64,000 nt of DNA, from NCBI GenBank assembly GCA_040766985.1, contig JAXGPL010000009.1, forward strand, positions 56,963 to 120,962, written 5' to 3'. Each line of letters opens with the position of its first letter. Position 1 is the first letter of the stretch. This document shows, piece by piece, positions 29,034 through 39,309 of this stretch. The stretch comes from Bacillota bacterium (GTDB lineage: Bacteria > Bacillota > Sulfobacillia > JAUYEG01). Made by a program: the position numbers and the translations under genes. The notes below the pieces were generated by a model. It made no database searches and was not told the origin of the DNA. It saw nothing but the letters and a program-made list of their open reading frames with translations.

Positions 29034-30251
29034 ATGGGCAGCACAGGGAACAGCGCGGGCGGACACCTGGCCGTACTCAAGAAGGCCGTCGCAGCCACGA
29101 TAGACAGACTCGCGCCGCAATTAATCGCCATGTCCGACGACATCCATGCCCACCCGGAAATCAAGTTCGAGGAGCGTTACGCCGCAAAACTGCTGGCCGA
29201 CGCGCTTGGCGACGGCGGTTTGGCCGTTGACCGTGGTACAGCGGGCATGGAAACCGCCTTCCGGGGGCAGACCCACGCCGGTCAGGGCGGCCCGACGGTC
29301 GCCATCCTCGGCGAGTACGACGCCCTTCCCGGCCTTGGGCACGGCTGCGGACACAACATCATGGGCACCGCCGCAGTCGGCGCAGGGCTTGCTCTGCACA
29401 AGGTGTTCGGGAGCGACGAGGCCAGGACGGCCGGCCTTAACGGGCGCCTGCTGGTTCTCGGCACCCCGGCCGAGGAGGGTGGCGGCGGGAAGGTGATCAT
29501 GCTGCGCGAGGGCGTATTCCAGGGAGTGGACGCTGCCTTGATCGTCCATCCGGGCAACGCCAACCGGGCCCACGCGGAAAGCATCGCTTCCTACGGCGTG
29601 TACGTCCGCTTCCGCGGCCGTCCCGCCCATGCCGCCGCCTCGCCCCACGAAGGGGTCAACGCTCTCGATGCGCTCGTGATGACCTACAATGCGGTCAGCA
29701 CGCTTCGCCAGCAACTCAAGCCGGACGTTCGCATCCACGGGATCATTACCAAGGGCGGCGATGCGCCAAACATCATCCCGGAGTACACCGAGGGCGTCTT
29801 CATCGTCAGGTCCGCCGAAAAGGAGTACCACCAGGAAGTCATCGCCAAGTTCAAGGACTGCGCCCGTGGCGCGGCGCTTCAGACCGGGGCGACGGTCGAG
29901 TTTGCGGACATGGGGATTCCCTACGACCCGATGAAGTCGAACAGGGTGCTTGAAGACCTCTACCGCAAGAACATGACGACACTCGGCCTCCGTGAGCCGG
30001 CCGTGCCGCGCAAAGGAGCGGGTTCGACCGACATGGGCAACGTCAGCCAGGTTCTTCCGGCCATCCACCCGAGCATTGCGATCGGCCCGGAAACCCTCGT
30101 CGGCCACACACAGGAGATGTGCGAGGCATCACGCTCGGAGGACGGGCACCGGGCGGTGGTCAATGCCGCCAAATGCATGGCCATGACCGCGCTCGACCTG
30201 TTCATGCGGCCTGAGTTGGTCAAGAAGGCTTGGGCCGAGTTCAAGGGTTAG
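29034..30251 (+). CDS. M20 family amidohydrolase / metallopeptidase (M20D, aminoacylase-like)
   Basis: GHGCGHN metal-binding motif, GTPAEEGGGGK, HPGNANRAH, ~405 aa. Confidence 0.85.
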   Translation: MGSTGNSAGGHLAVLKKAVAATIDRLAPQLIAMSDDIHAHPEIKFEERYAAKLLADALGDGGLAVDRGTAGMETAFRGQTHAGQGGPTVAILGEYDALPGLGHGCGHNIMGTAAVGAGLALHKVFGSDEARTAGLNGRLLVLGTPAEEGGGGKVIMLREGVFQGVDAALIVHPGNANRAHAESIASYGVYVRFRGRPAHAAASPHEGVNALDALVMTYNAVSTLRQQLKPDVRIHGIITKGGDAPNIIPEYTEGVFIVRSAEKEYHQEVIAKFKDCARGAALQTGATVEFADMGIPYDPMKSNRVLEDLYRKNMTTLGLREPAVPRKGAGSTDMGNVSQVLPAIHPSIAIGPETLVGHTQEMCEASRSEDGHRAVVNAAKCMAMTALDLFMRPELVKKAWAEFKG

Positions 30252-30329
30252 GAAAGACCGCGGGCCGACTTCCGAGCCTGCTTCTCTTGTTGCTGCCCAG
30301 ACCCGCAAGGAAGCCGAGCACTGCCGTGC

Positions 30330-31164
30330 TTGCCGCTTGTGGGTCAGCAGCCAGCTCGCAGGTGGATCCAACCCCGGGACCTCGACGATGCTCGCCCGGC
30401 CGGTCAACTGCGCCAGCCCACGTAGTACCGCCCTGGCGAGCTGGTCGCTGCTCTCTTGGGCAGACGGCAGGAATAGGACCGGGCAACGAATCCGCCTGTA
30501 GTACTCCTCGAAGCGGTAACCGAAGTAGTGGCGCATGTAATCCAGCAGGTATTCGGCAAATCCATAGCAGAACCGCCCGGGCTCGACCTCCCGGATTCCA
30601 TACCGGACCATCGCCTCGAACGAAGGGTTCCAGAAGCCCTGGTTTTGGTACTTCTGCCTCTCGTGGACCAGCGATTCATCGACGGTCCCGAAGGTTGGCC
30701 TGCTCCGTGTAGCAATCTTGTCGATCGTCGCGGCGGCGTGGGCCTGAGAACCCAGCTTCGCTTCCCTGCCACAGGCTGTAGGGGCCGTACTCACTCGCGC
30801 TTGCCCCATCGCAGGTGATGGAGATGATCCTGTCCGGGTGGTTGGCGGCCAGAGCGACCGCGGTTTCTGCGCCCATCGAGCTGCCGACAATGTGCGCGCG
30901 CTCAATGGAGAGCACATCCATTGCCGCCACCACATCCCCCGCCAGGCTGTCGATGTGGTAGCCGGACGTAGGCCTATCCGACTTGCCATGTCCGCGCAGG
31001 TCGAGAAGCACCGGCCGGTATGGTTCCGTGAAGAAGGGCACGACCCCGTCCCACACCATGAGGTTTCCGCCGCCAAAGTGGAGGAAAACGATTGCTGGGC
31101 CTTCGCCAGGGTATTGCCTGACCTGCAGCCGGATATCGCCGACTGCCACCGTGTGATCGTGCAT
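30330..31164 (-). CDS. alpha/beta hydrolase fold protein (frame break near ~30750; 3' end approximate)
   Basis: N-terminus VFLHFGGGNLMVWDGVVPFF...LDLRGHGKSD and nucleophile elbow GSSMG are in ORF 30676..31164. The C-terminal part (RIRCPVLFLPSAQE...IVEVPG) is in the frame of ORF 30129..31361. Confidence 0.6.
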
Positions 31165-31323
31165 CGGCAGACCTCCTGTTGCCAGGGCTTTGAGGGTAGC
31201 GGTGATACTACGGGGTATCCTGGCGATTGGTTCCGGTCCTTCACGGGTGCGCGACGGTTGCGGCGGCCTCCGCCTGCCTCCGCCTGCCTCGGCCGATTTT
31301 TGCCGTCACTGGAGATCGATTGG

Positions 31324-31854
31324 CTAGTTGTCGCCCTGGTTGAGAAGGCCGGCCTTTTCAAGGGCGCCGCGTACCGCGGTGGACAAGGGGATCGCCACGA
31401 TCAGCCCAGCAGCGGAGGTCATCAGCGACGCTGGAGCGTTGCCCAGCGCTGCCTCCCAACGGCCGATCACGGCGGACCACGCCACGAGGTATCCGACGAG
31501 GGTCCACGCCGCTCCAGCGACGCACGCGATCAGGTTGAGGATGATGCTCCTCCCCCTGGCGCCGCCCGAGTGAGCGACGGAACCGACGACAAGACCAGCG
31601 ATGCCCTTGATCACGAACGACCAGAGAGTGTAGGGCGAGAACCCCATGATGATGTCGAAGAACGCGGAGCCGATCGCCCCCGCGTATCCGGCGTAGACAC
31701 CGCCGAACAGGATGCCCGACGTGAATATCGCGGCGCTCCCCAGGTGGACCATCGCACCGCTGCCGAAGGGAATCTTAATCATGGTGGCGATGATCAGCAG
31801 GGCAGACAGCATGCCGATCACAGCCATGTCGCGGACCGTGAGTTTGGGTTTCAC
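31324..31854 (-). CDS. ECF transporter S (substrate-specific) component, likely vitamin B6 (PdxU-like)
   Basis: 176-aa, 5-6 TM protein with an S-component-like N-terminus (MKPKLTVRDMAVIGMLSALLIIATMIKIPFG). Immediately downstream of pdxK. Confidence 0.65.
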   Translation of the reverse strand: MKPKLTVRDMAVIGMLSALLIIATMIKIPFGSGAMVHLGSAAIFTSGILFGGVYAGYAGAIGSAFFDIIMGFSPYTLWSFVIKGIAGLVVGSVAHSGGARGRSIILNLIACVAGAAWTLVGYLVAWSAVIGRWEAALGNAPASLMTSAAGLIVAIPLSTAVRGALEKAGLLNQGDN

Positions 31855-31867
31855 AGCCGATACCTCC

Positions 31868-32698
31868 TCAAGATCTGCTATCAGCAGTTGTGCCGTCGCA
31901 CGCCAGGAAGCTCAGGGCCTTTTCCAGAAGGACGCCTTCCCGCGCCGGTGCCTGGAGCTGATGTGTCAGGGCGATCGTGTGTGACAGGAACCTGGTCGCC
32001 AGCGCGGCGCTTGCCGCAAGGCGGTTTCCGGATAGAAGTCCTCCGATGAGCACGCTTGCGAAGATGTCCCCGGTACCAGGGTAGTTGACTGGTAGGCGGT
32101 CGAAGGGCACTTGCCACAGCCGGCCCTCTCTTCGGCTATAGGCGATGTTCGCGTGCCGTCCGTCCATTGTCGGCACGCTCTTGACAACTACCGTTTCGGG
32201 ACCGAGGTCGGCGAGCCGCCCGGCCATGTCCAGGATGGCTGCATCGGGCATCGGATCATCGGAGAACGGCTGACCGAGCAGGAAACATGCCTCGGTCAGG
32301 TTGGGTGTGACAATGGTCGCCCTGGCGACGAGCCGTCCCATCAGATGCTGCATTTGTGGGGTGTAAGTGCGGTAGAGCTTGCCGCCGTCGGCCATCACGG
32401 GATCGACGACGACGAGTTGACCTGGTCCTCCCCGGAAACCGTCGATGAACCGTCCGACCACCTCGATCTGCCGGGCCGACCCCAAAAGGCCGCTGTAGAT
32501 GCAGTCAAAGCTTAGGCCGATCTCCTGCCAGTGAGCCGCGTACCCCTCCATGCCGTCAGTGAGGTCAACGAACGTCATGTCTCCGAACCCACCGGAATGC
32601 GTACTCAGGATGGCTGTCGGGAGGGGACATACCTGAACCCCCATCGCTGAAAGGACCGGGATGATCACTGTCATCGAACATCTCCCAAAGCCCGCCAT
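31868..32698 (-). CDS. pdxK: pyridoxal/pyridoxine/pyridoxamine kinase (PdxK/PdxY, ribokinase superfamily)
   Basis: KVAAIHSMAGFGRCSMTVIIPVLSAMGVQVCPLPTAILSTHSGG (PdxY N-terminal pattern) and C-terminal GTGDIFASVLIGG (anion hole). Start at the internal Met. The longer ORF to 32890 is an upstream extension. Confidence 0.8.
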   Translation of the reverse strand: MAGFGRCSMTVIIPVLSAMGVQVCPLPTAILSTHSGGFGDMTFVDLTDGMEGYAAHWQEIGLSFDCIYSGLLGSARQIEVVGRFIDGFRGGPGQLVVVDPVMADGGKLYRTYTPQMQHLMGRLVARATIVTPNLTEACFLLGQPFSDDPMPDAAILDMAGRLADLGPETVVVKSVPTMDGRHANIAYSRREGRLWQVPFDRLPVNYPGTGDIFASVLIGGLLSGNRLAASAALATRFLSHTIALTHQLQAPAREGVLLEKALSFLACDGTTADSRS

Positions 32699-33030
32699 CG
32701 AGTGAATCGCCGCGACCTTCGGTACCGCGCTACCGGACAAGAAGACCCCTCCGCGCAAAGCAAAATGCCCCGGGAGAAACCCCAGGGCATAGGTCGTCAG
32801 GCGATCCATCGGAACGCAGTGAGACTGCGTTTGGTGAAAGTCTCCGCCCATCCAGACTTTACTGCCGGTACCGGATTCACACCGGTTCAACTGCTGGGGC
32901 TGTTGGACTTGTCCCCGCCGCCAGGCGAGGCATCACCGCCGATTGGGAATTGGGCCATAGCCCTCACCCTGCCCTGAAGACTCCGCACTCACATTATAGC
33001 GCAAGAGGTTCCTTCTCTGCAGGCGCTTCT

Positions 33031-33300
33031 TCACGCCCATGGGCGCACGATCTCAACCGCCCCGATGATGATATCCACGACCTCGTCGGTGATCCGCTGG
33101 GGGCAGGACTCGATGTACGTTGCGTTCCGGGCTGAGAGGTCCAGCGATTTAGCCTGTTCGCACATGACTGCTCCGCTGGTCTTCGTGCTATCGCCGAGAG
33201 AGACATGGAGCGGGAATCCCCTGTCCGTCGACGTAATCGGGCACACTATGGCGAGGTTGGTCAACTGGTCCGCGGATTGCCTATATGGCGACGAGTACCG
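33031..33300 (-). pseudogene. MazF/PemK-family toxin remnant (C-terminal ~75 aa intact; N-terminus out of frame)
   Basis: IVCPITSTDRGFPLHVSLGDSTKTSGAVMCEQAKSLDLSARNATYIESCPQRITDEVVDIII matches the MazF core and C-terminus. The N-terminal GD.vwv.FdP segment is not found in frame. No clear antitoxin ORF. Confidence 0.4.
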
Positions 33301-33543
33301 TGCTGTCTTCGCCGCCCTAGGCGATCTTGAGCTTGCGGCGGTGGGAGCGGCGGCATTTAGTAGACTGGCCCACTTTGGCGGGCTCAGGCTGGTGCCAGAC
33401 GAGCTCAAGCAGCTACGACGCATAACCGGAGACGAATGGCGACAACGCCTGGTCGACTATCTCCTCCGTCCGGACGAACCGCGGCGATGCCGGCTGGAGG
33501 GGTTGATCGGCCGGGTCAGAATCGCGGACGAGCAGCAGTCCAA

Positions 33544-34041
33544 CTAGGCCAACACCCTGACAAAGAAGTACACAACCATCGCAACCGCGATGCCCAGCTT
33601 GAGTACCGTACCGCCCAACGCCCCGATCAGGGTGCCGAAGCCCACGCGCATGGCTGCGGCGGGCTGGGCGCCCCTGGCCAGCTCAACGGCCACCGCACCC
33701 ACGAACGGGCCGACTACGATGCCCAACGGCCCCAGGAAGATCAGCCCGAGGATGGTGCCAATGACCGCTCCGATGGCTGCCTGCCTGCTACCGCCGAACA
33801 GCTTCGTGCCGACGGCCGAAGCGACATAGTCGATCAGAAGGGCGATGGCCGTCGCGGCTCCCTCCATGATGAAGAAGCTCACATCCAGCGAGGCGAAGTC
33901 CGTCATTACGCCGTAGAGGAGCATTCCGGCGAAGATGAGGCCGGCTCCGGGCAGCACCGGCAGGACGGTGCCAACAAGCCCTACGATGAAGATGATGATC
34001 GCCAAGATCAGAGCTACGATAGCCAAGCGATCCCCCTGCAA
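33544..34041 (-). CDS. DUF456 family membrane protein
   Basis: 165 aa, 4 TM, Gly-rich helices typical of DUF456/YqaE-like proteins. Confidence 0.55.
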   Translation of the reverse strand: MQGDRLAIVALILAIIIFIVGLVGTVLPVLPGAGLIFAGMLLYGVMTDFASLDVSFFIMEGAATAIALLIDYVASAVGTKLFGGSRQAAIGAVIGTILGLIFLGPLGIVVGPFVGAVAVELARGAQPAAAMRVGFGTLIGALGGTVLKLGIAVAMVVYFFVRVLA

Positions 34042-34071
34042 TCAAAGACGCGGTTCCTTGAGATCAATGTC

Positions 34072-34575
34072 TTAACGCTCGCCCCAGCGGTATTTGGGGT
34101 TCCGGCGCAGCGTTTCAAGGCCGCAACCAAGGCACAGGCCGTTGTGGCAGGAGATCACGTCACCACAGTCGGGGCAGCGCCATTTGGCCTCTTCGGTTTC
34201 CAGAAACCGCGCCATGCCGAGCTCTCTGATTTGCGTCAGGTTTTCAATCATGCTCATGTGGTACTTGGTGCGGTAGCGCTTGTCCAGGTCTTTGAGCCGC
34301 CGACAGGGGAAATCGTCGCACTCATAGCAGAAGCGGACAAGCCCCTTGCCCACGACCTCGCACCGGTTCGCCATGTGGGTGCAGTGCTCACCGCGTGGTA
34401 TGCAGCCGGGGCAGTATTTGCGGCGGAAGCCTTTACGCTGGAGGTCATTCTTCATAGCGAGATAGCTGAAGCATACACTGCAGTTCATACCGCAGGGAGC
34501 TATTAGTTCCTCGCGCACTCTGGTCACGCCCCATCCAGTCGGCATTGTTGCATTGTAGCGCGCAATAGGTGTCAC
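34072..34575 (-). CDS. DUF3795-like Cys-rich (putative metal/Fe-S binding) protein
   Basis: CGMNCSVCFSY, CPGCIPRGEHCTHMANRCEVV and CYECDDFPC clusters. Confidence 0.5.
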   Translation of the reverse strand: MTPIARYNATMPTGWGVTRVREELIAPCGMNCSVCFSYLAMKNDLQRKGFRRKYCPGCIPRGEHCTHMANRCEVVGKGLVRFCYECDDFPCRRLKDLDKRYRTKYHMSMIENLTQIRELGMARFLETEEAKWRCPDCGDVISCHNGLCLGCGLETLRRNPKYRWGER

Positions 34576-34615
34576 GTCTGCTTGGCCGCCGTGACGGTGG
34601 CCGCCGTGAGGGCTT

Positions 34616-35666
34616 CTACTCCCTAACCTCGACCTTGAGGTAATCCGGGTACTCCTTCGGCCCCCCTTTGTACCTCAGTAGGCATCGCTCGCCGTCGCGG
34701 CTGAGTTCCTCGAATCCCATCAGCTTATAGGTGATGTACATAATGCGATTGCGTCCGGTTTCGATGAAATCGGCCAGAAGCTCCACCCCGTCGCTATGGG
34801 CGGCGCGCGAAAGATGGATTAACATAGCCGAACCGATGCCACGGGTCATAACGCGACAGGACATCAAGAGCAGCTTGATCGTCAGTGCAGTAGTGGACTT
34901 CTCCGCCAGAGCCAGGCCGATCTTGCCGTAGCTGCCGAACCTGTCCGTCAACTCAGCGATGAAAAAGAGGTGCCTGGGCGAATGGATCAATGCGCGAAGT
35001 TCCTCGTAGCCATACGTGATCCCGGTGGAGTTGAGCTGGTTGGTCCGCAGCGTCAGCTCCTCGACCCGCTCCAAGTCGCCTTCCGCGACCCCGGAAAGGG
35101 TCAGGCGCATGTCAAGCGTCTGGAGAAAGGCGTCGGCATTGTCGCCGAAGCGCTGCTCCTCCTCCTGCCGCCGGAAATCCTCCACGTACATGCGACGGCG
35201 CAGCCTGGAGTCTTCACTGACGATGCTCGGCGTGAATTCCGGAAGCGCCGTAAGCCCAAGGTAATCGGCAGCATTGTAGACGCGGACCTGCGGGTGGTGA
35301 AAACGGACTTCCTCGCGCTCAAACGGTTGGTCGTCGATGAAGGCGAATGCATCCAGCCCGAGGTTTAGAAGCCTGGCAATCTCCGCGACGGAGTCCGATT
35401 TGCTGTACCAGCCAATCTGCGGTACCAGGAAGTATTCCTCCAGCCCGAAGCGCCGGAGCGCCGCGAGCGCATCGGCAGGCTCGTTCTTGCTGGCTATCGA
35501 CAGGAGGATGCCGCGGCGGTCAAGCTCCTGGATGACCTCGGTCACGCCCTCGCGCAGGGTAACCTCCTTGTTTTCCAGGAGGATTCCGTCCCATAGAGTG
35601 TTGTCCAGATCCCACACCAGGCACTTGATCGTCTTTGGTTTGGCCTTGGCCTTTGGTTCAGCCACG
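34616..35666 (-). CDS. FkbH-like HAD-IIIC family protein (carrier-protein-loading phosphatase/acyltransferase)
   Basis: HAD motif I in the FkbH signature context (KCLVWDLDNTLWDG), motif II (SIASKN), motif IV (FIDDQPFE) and a C-terminal FkbH-type extension. Start at GTG 35666 with a GGGGGAG RBS, overlapping the ACP stop by 9 nt. Confidence 0.75.
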
Positions 35667-35942
35667 GTGCTCCCCCCTAGCCCTGTTGACCACGCCCGCG
35701 ATAGACGAGATGGTTCGGAAGTTCTCCTCAGTGATCTCGGCGTTGGCAATCCGTATGCCGAACGTCTTTTCCAGGTGGACCACCATTTCGAGAGCAAAGA
35801 GCGAATTGATGTAACCGCCCCTGAAGAGGTCCGTGTCGTACCCGAGCCCCGCAGCCCTTCCCTTGTTCCTAAAGAACTCCAGGATCCTCTCCCGTTCGTC
35901 AGGGGGAGGTGGCCCTTGTTCCCTGTCGATCCGATTCGTCAT
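35658..35942 (-). CDS. acyl/peptidyl carrier protein (DltC-like ACP)
   Basis: 94 aa with a phosphopantetheine attachment motif (GYINSLFALEMVVHLEKTFGIRI). Confidence 0.75.
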   Translation of the reverse strand: MTNRIDREQGPPPPDERERILEFFRNKGRAAGLGYDTDLFRGGYINSLFALEMVVHLEKTFGIRIANAEITEENFRTISSIAGVVNRARGEHRG

Positions 35943-35943
35943 C

Positions 35944-37776
35944 CTAACGCAGCCCCTCCACGTACGCGACTAGTTGCTCGGGAGTGAGGTCGTTGCCGAC
36001 CGTGTTGCGTCTAAGGCACAGCAGGCTCTGCGGCAGGCCCTTGACCACGGTGTTCACGCCCTCTTCGACTGTGAGCGAGATCTTGATGCCCATCTCCCAG
36101 AGCAAGACCTCCGCCAGTTCCGTGTGGATCCCGAACGGATAGGCGTAGGCCGTGACCGTGGTGCCGAGCGTGCCTTCGATCTCCTCCCGGGAGGCTCCGA
36201 AGTCGGAACGGAACGCCGCGACGTAGTCGGCCTCGCTCTCATCCTGCATCCTGAGCACACCCCGCCGGAAGTGGTCGGCGTCAAGCCGGGGCGAGTGGTG
36301 CATGTCATAACTATGGCTCTGGATGTCCAACACCCCGGCCTCGATCCACGGTCTGGCCTCTTCCAGCGAGAAGTGCGGGATTATTTCCTCGTCTTTGTCC
36401 TTGTACGTGTCCTTGCCGATCGACACCCCGATGACACTAACCGTGGCACACATGCCATACTCGGCCAGGATCGGTGCCGCAACCTCAAGGTTGCTCCGGT
36501 AGCCGTCGTCAAAGGTAATTACAAGCGGCTTCGTCGGCAGAGGCGTCCCGCGCTCCACGAAGTCAACCAATGCGGATAGCGGGACGGTTTTGAAGCCCGC
36601 TTCGCTAAGGGCCTTGATTTGGGCACGGAAGGTCTGCTCCGTGACCGTGCTCTCGCCCGGCTGATCGCTGATATGGTGATAGAGCAGGATCGGCACCTGC
36701 CGGTCGTGCCCAAGGTCTTCTGGAGGAGCGCTCAAGTACCCTTTTAGCCTGGCTTCGACGTTATCTGCAGTGACCTTGACGCCGAAGTCCCCTGGTACGT
36801 AGACGCCCTCGTCGCCGAACATCCTTGCCAAAGCCATAGCCCCGACGGCGTTGCGGTGATGGTACATGTCGTAGAAGTATCGCGGTTCGTAGGCCACGCT
36901 GTGATAGCCTGTGAAGTCCCAGAAGTCAGTTACCGCAGCCAGCCTGCGGAAAAAGGCCATGAGTTCGCCCTTGGGAAACAGGTCTAGCTCCTGAGCAGAC
37001 ATCGGTGAGATGATCAGGGTAAAAGTCGCTCCGGCCGCCTCGCTGCACTGCTTGATAACCGCGATGGCCTCCAGGCAATCGTCGATATGTGGGAGCGATT
37101 CGTACGGACCGAATCCCCGCCCGAACTCCGGGTACTTGGCCATGTACTCCTCAAGGGAACCGACCGGCTCCGTGTCGCGGAGGGATTTGTCGTAGACGCC
37201 GGTCTCCGGCTGGAAGACCCTGTTGGCGTCAACCAGATAGGATCTGGAGAGCAGGCCTCTCAGTTTCTCTACGCTGTAGCTGGGATTCGATAGAAGATAC
37301 CGTGTATAGAAACGGACGAGGTTGGAGCCGTCGACTTTAGCGTGCAGGTTTCCCTTGACGGGATCGTCCACGTAGCCAAACCTGGCCAACTCCTCGAGCC
37401 CCATGTTGAGCACAATGTGGTCGGCCTTGTATCGTGACAGGACATACCTGGCCGTCATGCAGGCGTCGTAGAGGTCGCCGCCATACATCGTCAGATTGTA
37501 GAAGCTGGCCCCGCCGAAATAGCGGTTGAGCAACTCCGTTGGGTAGGAACTGGTCTTGGAGCAGCCGATGATGTAGGAATCGTAGTTGTCATGGTACCGG
37601 TCAAGGTAGCCGATCTTGGCCGTCCGGGGGTTCTGGGTCATGTCGTACGCCCACCATTCGACGAGCTTGTCCCCAAAGACTCCAAACGGGTCGACCAACG
37701 CGTTGAAGCCGGCGAATATCCCTGCGAAAAGAATGGAGCTGGCCAGAAAGACCAACAGCCACTTGTTGAGCGGCAT
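35944..37776 (-). CDS. fusion protein: N-terminal TM anchor + DltD/DHHW-like (SGNH-fold) domain + C-terminal NodB-type polysaccharide deacetylase (CE4)
   Basis: C-terminal half carries CE4 motifs (ILLYHHI, VITFDDGYRSN, ...HSYDMHH). The N-terminal half has a GCSKTSS serine motif and FYDMYHHRNAVG (DHHW/DltD-like). Start at the internal MPLNKWLLVFLASSILF. Confidence 0.7.
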   Translation of the reverse strand: MPLNKWLLVFLASSILFAGIFAGFNALVDPFGVFGDKLVEWWAYDMTQNPRTAKIGYLDRYHDNYDSYIIGCSKTSSYPTELLNRYFGGASFYNLTMYGGDLYDACMTARYVLSRYKADHIVLNMGLEELARFGYVDDPVKGNLHAKVDGSNLVRFYTRYLLSNPSYSVEKLRGLLSRSYLVDANRVFQPETGVYDKSLRDTEPVGSLEEYMAKYPEFGRGFGPYESLPHIDDCLEAIAVIKQCSEAAGATFTLIISPMSAQELDLFPKGELMAFFRRLAAVTDFWDFTGYHSVAYEPRYFYDMYHHRNAVGAMALARMFGDEGVYVPGDFGVKVTADNVEARLKGYLSAPPEDLGHDRQVPILLYHHISDQPGESTVTEQTFRAQIKALSEAGFKTVPLSALVDFVERGTPLPTKPLVITFDDGYRSNLEVAAPILAEYGMCATVSVIGVSIGKDTYKDKDEEIIPHFSLEEARPWIEAGVLDIQSHSYDMHHSPRLDADHFRRGVLRMQDESEADYVAAFRSDFGASREEIEGTLGTTVTAYAYPFGIHTELAEVLLWEMGIKISLTVEEGVNTVVKGLPQSLLCLRRNTVGNDLTPEQLVAYVEGLR

Positions 37777-37790
37777 TCCGGCCACCTCCC

Positions 37791-39209
37791 CTAAAACTCC
37801 ATGTAGAGGAAATTCGAGACGGTCCCCATCAAGAACAGCGAGGCGACCAGCGCAGCCCCGGCCAGCGCCGCATGGTACCACCTGGGGGCGAACCGCTCGG
37901 AGATATCCCTGGTGCTTGGCGCAAAGAAGCAAATGCCCGCGCCTGCCAACAGCAGGGCAACCGCCGGCCCGTTGGCCCGGACATAGGCCAGTCCCTGGGC
38001 GAAGAACGCGGAGGTTTCCGTGAACAGGGGCCGGATATCGAGGATTGTCTTATACACGGAAACCGCTTGCGACACCGAACTGCTGTCGAAGAGCACGCGC
38101 GTGAGGACCATCAGGGTGAAAGTCGTCGCCCAGCCCCAAAAAGCAGGCAGGCGCTTGCCCTTGAGGTTCATGATGTTCGCCACGCAGACCAGCACCCCGT
38201 TGGCGGCTCCCCAGAGGACAAAGTGCCAACCCGCACCGTGCCAGAGCCCGGAGACAAGAAAGGTGGCCATGATGGCCAGTACCATCTTGCCGATCCGGTC
38301 GCCGAAGCGAAAGATGCTCCGGAAGATGTGCTCGTAGAAGAAATTCGACACCGTGATGTTCCAACGCCGCCAGAAGTCGGCGAAATCGACCGCCTTGTAT
38401 GGGGAGTCAAAGTTGTGGGGCAGCTTGATGTTGAATAAGAGGGCCAGCCCCAGCGCCATGTCGATGTAGCCCGAGAAGTCAAAGTAATAGGCGAAGGTGT
38501 AGGCGAGGACACCGCCCCACGCCGCAAAGAAACCTCCGGCGGCCCCGCCGTAGAACGCCCGCGCATGGGCGATCAACGGGTCGGCCAGGATGATCTTTTG
38601 AGCGCAGCCAAGGGAGAACAGCACAATGCCCAGGGCGATGTTCCTGCCGTCGATGCCTGCGCGGGCGCCCGGCCGCGGCAGTTGAGGAACGACGTCGCCG
38701 TGGCGCGAGATCGGGCCGACGATCAAATGCGGGAAGAACGTGACAAAGGCGCAAAAATCGAGCAAAGGGCCCGGCTCGGTCCGGCCCCGGTAGGTGTCGA
38801 CCACGCACGTGATGATGATGAAGGTAAAGAAGGAGATCCCGAGCGGGAGCCCTGTGTTTTGATGCGGGATCGCCAGCCCGAGCAAGTGATTCAGGTTGTC
38901 GATGAAGAAGTTGGCGTACTTGAAGTACAGTAAGAACCCCAGGTTCTCAACGATGGCCCCCGCGAGAACGAGCTTGGCCGTTGCGGTGTCCTTTGGGTAT
39001 CGGCTGAACAGGCGGACCGCGCCGTAGTTGAGGAGCACGGTGAAGACCAACAGGGGCAAAAAGCGCGCGCTGCCCTGTGCGTAGAAACACAGCGATGCCG
39101 CCACCAGCCAGACCTTTGCCGCAGCCGCGCCGAGATACCTGGCGGCCAGCCAATAGCCGGCCAGAGCCAGGGGGAAGAAGACGAAGATGAATGCGTAGGA
39201 AGAAAAGAC
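37791..39209 (-). CDS. MBOAT family membrane-bound O-acyltransferase (DltB/AlgI-like)
   Basis: ~470 aa, >10 TM, conserved His region (LWHGAGWHFVLWG) and typical MBOAT core. GTG start at 39209 with a GGAGGA RBS. Confidence 0.85.
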   Translation of the reverse strand, partial: VFSSYAFIFVFFPLALAGYWLAARYLGAAAAKVWLVAASLCFYAQGSARFLPLLVFTVLLNYGAVRLFSRYPKDTATAKLVLAGAIVENLGFLLYFKYANFFIDNLNHLLGLAIPHQNTGLPLGISFFTFIIITCVVDTYRGRTEPGPLLDFCAFVTFFPHLIVGPISRHGDVVPQLPRPGARAGIDGRNIALGIVLFSLGCAQKIILADPLIAHARAFYGGAAGGFFAAWGGVLAYTFAYYFDFSGYIDMALGLALLFNIKLPHNFDSPYKAVDFADFWRRWNITVSNFFYEHIFRSIFRFGDRIGKMVLAIMATFLVSGLWHGAGWHFVLWGAANGVLVCVANIMNLKGKRLPAFWGWATTFTLMVLTRVLFDSSSVSQAVSVYKTILDIRPLFTETSAFFAQGLAYVRANGPAVALLLAGAGICFFAPSTRDISERFAPRWYHAALAGAALVASLFLMGTVSNFLYMEF

Positions 39210-39309
39210 CACTGCATCCTCCGGCGACCGACGTCGCAATACAGTATAGCACTAGTAGACATAAGTCGCCAAGCTGGCCTTTTGCGCCCATGCGGCACTG
39301 CGGACCGCG

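Noticed and set aside
33065-33547. Plus-strand 160-aa ORF
   Set aside because: No recognisable features. The opposite strand carries a clear MazF/PemK core, so the plus ORF is treated as spurious.
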